Shown here: positions 8,323 to 16,072 of the stretch, piece by piece
How positions within the stretch are numbered: position 1 is the stretch's first letter
Layout: every line of letters starts with the position of its first letter
Assembly: GCA_910586595.1 (NCBI GenBank)
Contig: CAJUJB010000010.1
Location: 9,534-73,533, forward strand
Reading direction: 5' to 3'
Source: an uncultured Muribaculaceae bacterium
GTDB lineage: Bacteria; Bacteroidota; Bacteroidia; Bacteroidales; Muribaculaceae
DNA: 64,000 bases
Notes under the pieces: generated by a model
What the model was told of the DNA's origin: nothing
The model's input: only the letters and a program-made list of their open reading frames with translations
The model's database searches: none
Program-made: the position numbers and the translations under genes

Positions 8323-11016
8323 TCAGATAGAGGTTTTTATAGTTGTCACACTGCCGTCGGCATGTGTGCGCTTGACTATGTATATACCCTTGGCTGGCTG
8401 CGTTACTTCGCGGCCTGAAAGATCGTAGTATGTGCGGGCAACAACCGGGCTCGGGTTAGTGAGGATAGATTCAAGGCCGGCGGCTTCGTCTACGATGTCG
8501 GAAACGGCCATAGCATCGAGCGCATAGTTGTAGATGCGGAGATCGTCAAGGTATCCGACGAAGAAATTATCACTGGCATTGGCGTTGCAGGCAATGTAGT
8601 TTACGGTCGGCTTGATGGCTGACAATGTCACTTCGGGAGAGAGGAGGGCAGAGCCAACCGCCACACCGTCGACATACAGCGTCATTTCGTCCTCTCCGAT
8701 TGTAGCCGCAAGGTGATGCCATTCCTTATCAAGAACCTCGCCCTCGACATTTAGGATGGCCCCTTTGTTTGAAGCGCTAAGAACCGGTTTCCCATCAATG
8801 GTGAAGCTGAGGCTGAGACCGCACGCCTCGCCATTGTTGAAATTGAAGATATATTGCGTCTGGCTGGCAGCTCCGCGACGAGCCCATGCAGCTACCGACA
8901 ACTCACGGTTACGGGCAATTGAGGTGGGGAGCTGGAGGAAATTGCCATTACCTCTGAGGCGGAGCGATTTTTCTGATTGCAGGCAGCCCGTACCGTAGGT
9001 ATTGGCCGTGCCGTCGGCATCGAGGTGATTGCCGCTCATATCGGCATGACTGTTTTCAAAGGTGTAGTGGGCAATGAGCGCGGGGGTGCCGGTGAAGCTG
9101 CCTGATGCAGATGATGTGCATGCCGACCGGTTGAGCGACTTATCTACCGCGCTTATTTTGTATAGGTATTCAACGCCGGCTATACCGGAGTTGTCGAGGA
9201 ATGAACACCCTGCAACATCGCGCGCTATAGTGTTGTATATGCCGTCAGATGCCTTGGCTCTGAGAATGGTGTAAGCAGCCACATCTTCCGATGCAGAAGG
9301 TGTCCATTCGAGCTGTACGCTCGCAATGCCGCTTGTTGCGGTAAGACCTGCGGGCGCGTCAGGGGCTACCGTCTCGCATGGAGCTCCTTCGGGCAGCAGA
9401 CGCCAGCGTTGCCGCGGGCTGTCGGAGTATTCTGCCTGACGTACGGCGATGCCGTCGGCCTGGCTATCCTCCCATACCTCGAGGCAGAGATTGCTGTGGC
9501 GGCTCAGGATGTGAAAATAACCGTCGCCGTCATATTTTAAATACCATTGTTCGTTTGCCCCGGTCGCACCGTTGAAGAGGATGATGCCGCCTCCGGCGTC
9601 AAGCGACCAGTTGAGGACGTCGAGTTTCATTTCCGGAGCGCTGGCCAAAGAGATGGTATAATAACTGAAGTCGCCTCCTATGGTGGTAGGAACGGGCTTT
9701 ACATCCCAGAGTTGGCTTCCGTCGCCTGAAAGAGTTTTCTGCACCAGTGGGGTGAGGTCGGCCGTGCCCCCGTCGGGTGTGAGCACCTTAAGGCTGTGTT
9801 GGTTCATGATGGCGTAGCGGCCGTCGGTGAGCGGGCGTACGTCTTCTCCGAAGCTGATGTCGACCACACACTCTGCGTTGGTCTGTCCGTCCTGATAGCC
9901 ATATCCTCCGGGGAGGTTTACAAGATACTCCCGGCTGGGGCCCTGTCCGTCGTAGTATACTTCTTCTCCGGTCGACACGAAGCGGAACGAGGATGGCTGA
10001 GCCTGCCGCTCTGATGTGCCGCAGAAAGCCTGGATTTTACCGGAGGGCGAACGGTAGACCGAGGCGGCAGTCCAAGCCGGCCGGTTTTCGGCGTAGGCGA
10101 GCCGTTCTCCAAAGCTGGCGCGGCAGAATTCACCGCGGGCATATTCGGCTGTACCCCACCAGATGCCTGTCTGCATGCCGTATTCAACCCCGACCATAGC
10201 CTCCATTACATTGTGGAGCTCGTCGGCTGTGGCATAGCGGCCATCTTCGCGTACGTGGGTGAAGAAGTCGGCATAGTGGTCGAAGTCTCCTGCAAGCTGG
10301 TGTGTGTTGCCTTCGTCGAGATACTCTTTGAGATAGTCATACCAGGGGGCTGCCTCGTCGCAATTCAGAGTGTTGCCGCCGCTGAGCCTTATCTCACCGT
10401 CGCTGAAGTGAGGGTACTCGGTCTTGAGCAAGCGTGCTATAGCAAGGAAGTCATCTTTTGAGCCTTGGTTATTGTATACGTAATCGGGTTCGTTGAGTGG
10501 AGATGCCGACACTACGTTCCATCCTTTATCCGCACACGATTTCATTGTGGCGTAGATGAGGTTGGCGTATGCGCGGCAGGCCACCGTGTCGGTGGCCGGA
10601 TTGGAGTAACGGGTATCGTATACATCGGCAGGGGCGTCGTTGTTGAGGGCGATGTCGACTCCTCCCTCGCCTTTTATGAGGCTCACCAGCCGCAGGCGTT
10701 CGCGAAGATTGGCTTCCAATGTCGGTGTGAGCGCTGTAGAGTCGGCCACCATCTCCCATGGCTGGAAAGAAACCCTTGCCACGCCTATGTTGTCGGCTCC
10801 GATATAAGAGACACCCCGGCGCATGTTGTCCTCGCTGGGCCAAGCTGTGTCGAGGCCCCAGAGTATCGGGAGGCTGGTGCCTGTGCTGTCGGTGTTGAAG
10901 AATAAAGTTCGGTCGGCGGGTGAGAGGGCCTGGAAGGTTGTCTGGAACTGCGCTTTGACATTCTGCGGTATTCCAGTGCCTAATAAGGCGATTGCGCAGA
11001 TAAGTGCGTTTTTCAT
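8323..11016 (-). CDS. secreted multidomain glycoside hydrolase-like protein: TIM-barrel GH-like domain + ricin-B lectin + FN3 + LamG/concanavalin-like + T9SS C-terminal domain
   Basis: 897 aa with signal peptide. NEPDY motif in the N-terminal domain. QxW-type ricin repeats (QLWDV, EQWYL, QRWRL). LDDLRIYNYAL is LamG-like. The tail YYDLSGREVTQPAKGIYIVKRTHADGSVTTIKTSI is T9SS CTD-like. Confidence 0.7.
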   Translation of the reverse strand: MKNALICAIALLGTGIPQNVKAQFQTTFQALSPADRTLFFNTDSTGTSLPILWGLDTAWPSEDNMRRGVSYIGADNIGVARVSFQPWEMVADSTALTPTLEANLRERLRLVSLIKGEGGVDIALNNDAPADVYDTRYSNPATDTVACRAYANLIYATMKSCADKGWNVVSASPLNEPDYVYNNQGSKDDFLAIARLLKTEYPHFSDGEIRLSGGNTLNCDEAAPWYDYLKEYLDEGNTHQLAGDFDHYADFFTHVREDGRYATADELHNVMEAMVGVEYGMQTGIWWGTAEYARGEFCRASFGERLAYAENRPAWTAASVYRSPSGKIQAFCGTSERQAQPSSFRFVSTGEEVYYDGQGPSREYLVNLPGGYGYQDGQTNAECVVDISFGEDVRPLTDGRYAIMNQHSLKVLTPDGGTADLTPLVQKTLSGDGSQLWDVKPVPTTIGGDFSYYTISLASAPEMKLDVLNWSLDAGGGIILFNGATGANEQWYLKYDGDGYFHILSRHSNLCLEVWEDSQADGIAVRQAEYSDSPRQRWRLLPEGAPCETVAPDAPAGLTATSGIASVQLEWTPSASEDVAAYTILRAKASDGIYNTIARDVAGCSFLDNSGIAGVEYLYKISAVDKSLNRSACTSSASGSFTGTPALIAHYTFENSHADMSGNHLDADGTANTYGTGCLQSEKSLRLRGNGNFLQLPTSIARNRELSVAAWARRGAASQTQYIFNFNNGEACGLSLSFTIDGKPVLSASNKGAILNVEGEVLDKEWHHLAATIGEDEMTLYVDGVAVGSALLSPEVTLSAIKPTVNYIACNANASDNFFVGYLDDLRIYNYALDAMAVSDIVDEAAGLESILTNPSPVVARTYYDLSGREVTQPAKGIYIVKRTHADGSVTTIKTSI

Positions 11017-11045
11017 GAATTTAGGTCAGGATAGAATATAAAGAC

Positions 11046-11084
11046 GCACCGCATCACTATGGTCGGGCACGTGTGATGCGGTGC
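11046..11084 (-). terminator. hairpin terminator after ackA
   Basis: gcaccgcatcac / gtgatgcggtgc, a 12-bp stem followed by a T-rich stretch on the minus strand. Confidence 0.6.
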
Positions 11085-11098
11085 GGTAGGTTACTGGA

Positions 11099-12304
11099 TT
11101 ATTTCTTCACGAGAGCCTCGGTGTCGCGGGCGATCATGAGTTCTTCGTCGGTGGGGATTACGCAAACTTTTACGCGTGAGCCGGCGGCAGAGATGACGGC
11201 CTCGGTGCCGCGGGTGGCCGCGTTGACGTCTTTGTCGAGTTCAACACCCATGAAGCCGAGGGTGGCGCAAACGTCGGCACGGAGTTTGGCCTGGTTTTCG
11301 CCAACACCGCCGGTGAAGACGATGATGTCGGCACCGCCCATTTCGGCTGCATATGCACCGATATATTTGGTGATACGGAGCTCATACATGTCAAGAGCGA
11401 GTTTTGCTCGTTCGTTTCCGGCTTCGATGGCAGCATCAATCTCGCGCATGTCGTTGCTGATGCCGCTGATGCCGAGCACACCACTTTCTTTGTTGATTAC
11501 GGTCTGGAGCTGGTCGGGGGTGAGGTGGTGCTTGTTCATGATGTAGATGAGGGCGCCGGGATCAACGTCGCCTACGCGTGTGCCCATCATGAGGCCTTCA
11601 ACGGGGGTGAGGCCCATCGAGGTGTCTACACATTTTCCGCCAACGATGGCAGCCATAGAGCCGCCGTTGCCGATATGGCAAGTGATGATGCGTTGTTTGG
11701 TGATGTCTACGCCGAGGAATTTGCATACACGCTCGCTTACATAGCGGTGGCTGGTGCCGTGGAAGCCGTAGCGGCGTACGCCGTCCTCGGTGTAATATTT
11801 GTAGGGGAGGGCGTACATGTATGCCTTGGCAGGCATAGTCTGGTGGAAGGCTGTGTCGAACACACCTACCTGGGGCACGTTGGGCATCAGAGCCGTGATT
11901 GCCTCGACGCCTGTCATGTTGGCAGGGTTGTGGAGGGGGGCCAGATCATAGCATTCGCGTACTTTGGCCTTGACGTCATCGTCGATGAGCACACTCTGGC
12001 TGAATTTTTCGCCGCCGTGCACGAGACGGTGACCAACGGCTTCAATTTCGTCGAAGCTCTTTATGCAGCCTTCCTTGGCGTCGGTGAGGTTGGCGAGGAT
12101 GGCTTTGATGGCATCCTTATGGTCGATAAGACCGAGCTCCACTACTTCTTTCGAGCCGTCGGCGCGCTTGAATTTGAGGAATCCGCCAGGAAGGCCGATT
12201 TTTTCAACGCCGCCTTCTGCCAGTGTGTCGGCATGCTCGCCTTCAAGGTCAATAAGCTTATATTTTACCGAGCTGCTGCCGGAATTAAGTACGAGGATTT
12301 TCAT
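11099..12304 (-). CDS. ackA: acetate kinase
   Basis: 401 aa. MKILVLNSGSSSVKYKL N-terminus plus motifs RYGFHGTSH and VFTGGVGEN. Confidence 0.95.
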   Translation of the reverse strand: MKILVLNSGSSSVKYKLIDLEGEHADTLAEGGVEKIGLPGGFLKFKRADGSKEVVELGLIDHKDAIKAILANLTDAKEGCIKSFDEIEAVGHRLVHGGEKFSQSVLIDDDVKAKVRECYDLAPLHNPANMTGVEAITALMPNVPQVGVFDTAFHQTMPAKAYMYALPYKYYTEDGVRRYGFHGTSHRYVSERVCKFLGVDITKQRIITCHIGNGGSMAAIVGGKCVDTSMGLTPVEGLMMGTRVGDVDPGALIYIMNKHHLTPDQLQTVINKESGVLGISGISNDMREIDAAIEAGNERAKLALDMYELRITKYIGAYAAEMGGADIIVFTGGVGENQAKLRADVCATLGFMGVELDKDVNAATRGTEAVISAAGSRVKVCVIPTDEELMIARDTEALVKK

Positions 12305-12308
12305 TGGT

Positions 12309-13322
12309 TCAGATGTTTTTAAGGCCGATAGCCTGGTTGCAGGTTATGATGATTGTCTTGTAGATGTCTTCGGGGAAGCAGCCGCGTGAGAGGTCGTTGA
12401 CGGGGGCTGCGAGGCCTTGAAGAACCGGGCCTACTGCCTGTACGCCGCCGAGACGCTGTACGAGTTTATAGGCGATGTTGCCTACTTCAAGGTTGGGGAA
12501 CACAAGCACGTTGGCGCGTCCGCTCAGAGGGCTGTTGGGGGCCTTGCTTGAAGCTACCGAGGGAACTATTGCTGCGTCGGCCTGGAGCTCGCCGTCGAGG
12601 ATGAGGTCGGGAGCGAGTTTGTGAGCAATCTCGGTGGCCTCGATGACCTTGTCGACGTTGGGGCTTTTTGCTGAGCCTTTGGTCGAGAAGGAGAGGAGGG
12701 CGACGCGAGGCTCGATGCCTGCGATGTCGCGGGCGGTGCGGGCGGCAGATACGGCGATCTGGGCGAGCTCGGGGGCGGTAGGATCGGGAACCACTGCGCA
12801 GTCTGCGAAGATGAGGATTCCGTCGGTGCCGAATTTCGAATCCTTCGGCAGTAGCATTACAAATGCACCGGATACGACGCTGATGCCGGGCTCAGTCTTG
12901 ATTACCTGGAAGGCTGCGCGGAGAACATTGCCGGTGGTGTTCATGGCTCCGGCCACCTGGCCGTCGGCGTCGCCGGCCTTGACCATAAGGCAACCGAGAT
13001 AGAGGGGGTTGGCTGTGGTGAGACGGGCTTCTTCCATTGTGATGCCTTTCGACTTGCGGAGCTCATAGAAAAGAGGCGCATAGCGGTCGATGACCTTTTC
13101 GTCGGCAGGGTCGACGATGGTGGCGCGGTCGAGGTGTGTGAGTTTGAGCTCGGCGGCCATGTTATGGATGTCGTCGGGGCTTCCGATGAGTATGATGTCG
13201 GCCAGTTCATCTGCGATGATACGGTCGGCTGCGGTGAGGGTACGGGGTTCAAGACCTTCGGGAAGCACTATGCGCTGACGGTGCTCATGTGCTTTGCGGG
13301 TGAGTTTTTCAAAAAGTTCCAT
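12309..13322 (-). CDS. pta: phosphate acetyltransferase
   Basis: 337 aa, 4 nt upstream of ackA. PTA_PTB-like motifs are present ([31 protein letters not shown]). Confidence 0.9.
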   Translation of the reverse strand: MELFEKLTRKAHEHRQRIVLPEGLEPRTLTAADRIIADELADIILIGSPDDIHNMAAELKLTHLDRATIVDPADEKVIDRYAPLFYELRKSKGITMEEARLTTANPLYLGCLMVKAGDADGQVAGAMNTTGNVLRAAFQVIKTEPGISVVSGAFVMLLPKDSKFGTDGILIFADCAVVPDPTAPELAQIAVSAARTARDIAGIEPRVALLSFSTKGSAKSPNVDKVIEATEIAHKLAPDLILDGELQADAAIVPSVASSKAPNSPLSGRANVLVFPNLEVGNIAYKLVQRLGGVQAVGPVLQGLAAPVNDLSRGCFPEDIYKTIIITCNQAIGLKNI

Positions 13323-13353
13323 TGTCTTGCTGTTGCAAATGTGTTTTATGATG

Positions 13354-13361
13354 CAAAGTTA
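13354..13361 (-). promoter_or_regulatory. -7 box TAACTTTG for pta-ackA
   Basis: The minus strand reads gcTAACTTTGcatc, 32 nt upstream of the pta ATG. Confidence 0.45.
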
Positions 13362-13502
13362 GCTATTTTTGGGCTATCGGCGGATGCTTCGGACCGCATT
13401 TTTTAATTGTCAGGACAAACAATAATCGGGCGTCGGATGTTAGATAGTAAACGCCCCTGCGAGGGGCGTGGATAATGTTTCAACTGATTAAACTATACTC
13501 AA

Positions 13503-13673
13503 ATGCCCAGCTTAAAGACAGACAAACGTAACCGCGCCAGCGTATGGGTTGCCATCGGCGCGATATTCCTGATTATTCTCCTTATACTTTGGCTCACTTT
13601 CGCCGATTTGACCGGTAATACCGATGTGGCAGCCTTCCTGGCTCCGTATATCGTCAACAGCCCTGTGAGCTGA
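13503..13673 (+). CDS. possible small membrane protein (56 aa)
   Basis: Found by hand and below the ORF-track cutoff: MPSLKTDKRNRASVWVAIGAIFLIILLILWLTFADL..., one TM helix. I recognise no homology. Confidence 0.3.
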   Translation: MPSLKTDKRNRASVWVAIGAIFLIILLILWLTFADLTGNTDVAAFLAPYIVNSPVS

Positions 13674-13701
13674 TATAATCTCCTCTAAATAGTTTTAGAT
13701 T

Positions 13702-14007
13702 ATGAATGAACTTATTGCCATAACTCCCGAGCGCATCGGCTGGATAATATGGGCCGTATGGGTCGTGGTCGGCATTGTGGCGGCTCTCGTGGCTGCACGT
13801 TGCACAGGCCCCCGCACCTTCCTCTTCGATCTTATAATCGGGGTTGTCGCAGCCGTCCTTGGCGGCTATCTCAGCACTTGTTTCATCGGCGGAGGCCCCG
13901 TACAGCTTTTCCTCCTCTCGGTGCTTGGATCAGCATTTTTCGCAGCTGCCGCCCTGTGGATTACCGCTGCGCTGATCTCCCATTTCCGCAAGTCGGACGG
14001 GCTTTGA
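13702..14007 (+). CDS. GlsB/YeaQ/YmgE-type small membrane protein
   Basis: 101 aa with three hydrophobic Gly-rich helices (GIVAALVA, IIGVVAAVLGGYL) typical of the transglycosylase-associated family. Confidence 0.55.
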   Translation: MNELIAITPERIGWIIWAVWVVVGIVAALVAARCTGPRTFLFDLIIGVVAAVLGGYLSTCFIGGGPVQLFLLSVLGSAFFAAAALWITAALISHFRKSDGL

Positions 14008-14056
14008 TCAACCCTCCTGCATTTATTTGACTGTAATTGTGTGTTATAATATATAA

Positions 14057-14089
14057 AGAGTGCGCCGTCCGGTGAGGATGGCGCACTCT
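14057..14089. terminator. bidirectional hairpin terminator
   Basis: agagtgcgcc / ggcgcactct stem between convergent gene ends. Confidence 0.55.
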
Positions 14090-14110
14090 GTGCATTTTCT
14101 GCCGCTTCGA

Positions 14111-14662
14111 TTATTTTTTGAAGTAACGGTTGAAGAGGCCCTGGAAGCCGCGGCCGTGGCGAGCTTCGTCTTTAGCCATTTCGTGTACGGTGTCATGGAT
14201 GGCGTCGAGACCGAGTTCTTTAGCACGGCGTGCGATGCGCATCTTGTCTTCGTTAGCACCAGCTTCAGCAGCCATACGCTTTTCGAGGTTTGTACGGGTA
14301 TCCCATACGCATTCGCCGAGGAGCTCAGCAAATTTTGCAGCGTGCTCAGCTTCTTCGAATGCATAGCGCTTGAAGGCCTCTGCGATTTCGGGATAGCCTT
14401 CGCGGTCGGCCTGACGGCTCATTGCGAGGTACATGCCAACTTCACCGCACTCGCCGTTGAAGTGAGCGGTAAGGTCTTTGATCATTTCCTCGTCGCAGTC
14501 TTTGGCTACGCCGATTTCGTGCTCAGTAACGAATGTAAGCTCGGCTTCGGGGTCGAGTTCATTGAATTTGCTGCGGGGTGCGCCGCAGATAGGGCACTTT
14601 TCGGGAGCTTCGTCACCTTCGTGAACATAGCCGCATACGGTGCAGATGAATTTCTTTTTCAT
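14111..14662 (-). CDS. rubrerythrin family protein with N-terminal rubredoxin-like domain (reverse rubrerythrin arrangement)
   Basis: CTVCGYVH...CPICGAP lies at the N-terminus. A ferritin-like four-helix region follows with EEAEHAAKF and MAKDEARHG. Confidence 0.85.
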   Translation of the reverse strand: MKKKFICTVCGYVHEGDEAPEKCPICGAPRSKFNELDPEAELTFVTEHEIGVAKDCDEEMIKDLTAHFNGECGEVGMYLAMSRQADREGYPEIAEAFKRYAFEEAEHAAKFAELLGECVWDTRTNLEKRMAAEAGANEDKMRIARRAKELGLDAIHDTVHEMAKDEARHGRGFQGLFNRYFKK

Positions 14663-14714
14663 ATAAGTGAAATTTACGGAGTGTCGTTTATGTCAGTTTA
14701 TGTTGTGTAGTGAA

Positions 14715-15902
14715 TCAGGCAATGATACCGTGCTTGCGGAAAATCTTGGTGATCTTCTCAAGGGCTTCCTCAACCTGGGCGGGAGTGTGTGTGGCCATAA
14801 GGCTGAAGCGGATGAGGGTATCCTGAGGTGCTACAGCAGGCGATACAACGGGGTTGACGAAGATTCCTTCTTCGAGCAGCTCGCTGGTGATTGCGAATGT
14901 CTTGAAGTTGTCGCGGATATAGAGGGGGATGATCGGAGTTGATGTGTTGCCGATTTCAAAGCCGCGGCTGCGGAAGCCTTCGAGAGCCTGGTTGGTGAGC
15001 TTCCAGAGATTTTCCTGGCGCTCGGGTTCTTCGATCATGAGGTCGATAGCCTTGAGGGCTGCTGCCGTTGAGGCCGGAGTGATGCTCGCTGTAAAGATAT
15101 ATGAGCGAGAGTGGTGGCGGAGGAAGTTGGTAATCTCCTTGTCGGTGGCGATGAAGCCGCCCAGAGAGGCAAACGACTTGGAGAATGTACCCATGATGAG
15201 ATCCACGTCATCGCTTACGCCGAAGTGGTTGCAGACGCCGCGACCACCTTCACCGAAGACACCGATAGAGTGAGCTTCGTCAACCATGACGGTTGCATTA
15301 TATTTCTTTGCAAGCTCGGTGATGGCGGGGAGGTTTGCCACATCGCCTTCCATCGAGAACACACCGTCGGTGACGATGAGCTTGATTTTGTCGGGCGCAC
15401 ATTTCTGGAGCTGTTTTTCGAGCGACTCCATGTCGTTGTGCTTATATTTGAGCGATTGGCTGAACGACAGACGACGGCCTTCGATGATGGATGCGTGATC
15501 TTGCTCATCCCAGAGGATATAGTCTTCGCGACCGGTGAGAGTCGACACAACGCCGAGGTTTACACCGAAGCCTGTGGAGTAGATCATCACATCTTCCTTG
15601 CCGATATATTCGGCGATGCGTGCCTCGAGTTTCTTGTGGAGGTCGAGTGTGCCGTTGAGGAAGGGAGAGCCGGCACATCCGGTGCCGTATTTCTTGATGG
15701 CTTCGATTGCAGCCTCTTTGATGCGGGGGTCATTGACAAGACCTGTGTAGCAGTTGGATCCGAACATCAGCACGCGGCGACCATTGATGGTTACTTCGGG
15801 ATCCTGCTCCGACGATATGGCGCGGAAGTAAGGATAGATCCCGGCAGCTTTGGCTTCCTGGGGTGCGGTATATTTGGAAAGCTTTGCCTGTAGTGGTTTC
15901 AT
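14715..15902 (-). CDS. spt: alpha-oxoamine synthase; probable serine palmitoyltransferase
   Basis: 395 aa. GIYPYFR, MFGSNCYTGL, DEAHSIGVFG and the GTFSKSFASLGGF PLP-lysine motif are present. As far as I recall it closely resembles Bacteroides/Porphyromonas SPT rather than BioF. Confidence 0.7.
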   Translation of the reverse strand: MKPLQAKLSKYTAPQEAKAAGIYPYFRAISSEQDPEVTINGRRVLMFGSNCYTGLVNDPRIKEAAIEAIKKYGTGCAGSPFLNGTLDLHKKLEARIAEYIGKEDVMIYSTGFGVNLGVVSTLTGREDYILWDEQDHASIIEGRRLSFSQSLKYKHNDMESLEKQLQKCAPDKIKLIVTDGVFSMEGDVANLPAITELAKKYNATVMVDEAHSIGVFGEGGRGVCNHFGVSDDVDLIMGTFSKSFASLGGFIATDKEITNFLRHHSRSYIFTASITPASTAAALKAIDLMIEEPERQENLWKLTNQALEGFRSRGFEIGNTSTPIIPLYIRDNFKTFAITSELLEEGIFVNPVVSPAVAPQDTLIRFSLMATHTPAQVEEALEKITKIFRKHGIIA

Positions 15903-15982
15903 AGTTTACGGATAACGATTGGAAATAAACTATCTGAGCGGTTGCGCAGCCCCAGTCTGGACTGCCCTCTCGAGTCAGGCTG

Positions 15983-15990
15983 CAAAGTTA
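15983..15990 (-). promoter_or_regulatory. -7 box TAACTTTG upstream of spt
   Basis: The minus strand reads agTAACTTTGcagc, about 80 nt upstream of the spt ATG. Confidence 0.4.
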
Positions 15991-16072
15991 CTAAAAAAAT
16001 CTTAATGCGTTTAGCTCCGTTGGCTTTTTTTAAGGATAGAGCCGGGCTTGCTGTAGATATACATGGAAGAGC

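Noticed and set aside
13451-13469. GC hairpin acgcccctgcgaggggcgt upstream of the small ORF at 13503
   Set aside because: It has no adjacent U-tract on the + strand and no upstream gene to terminate. It is too isolated to call a regulator.
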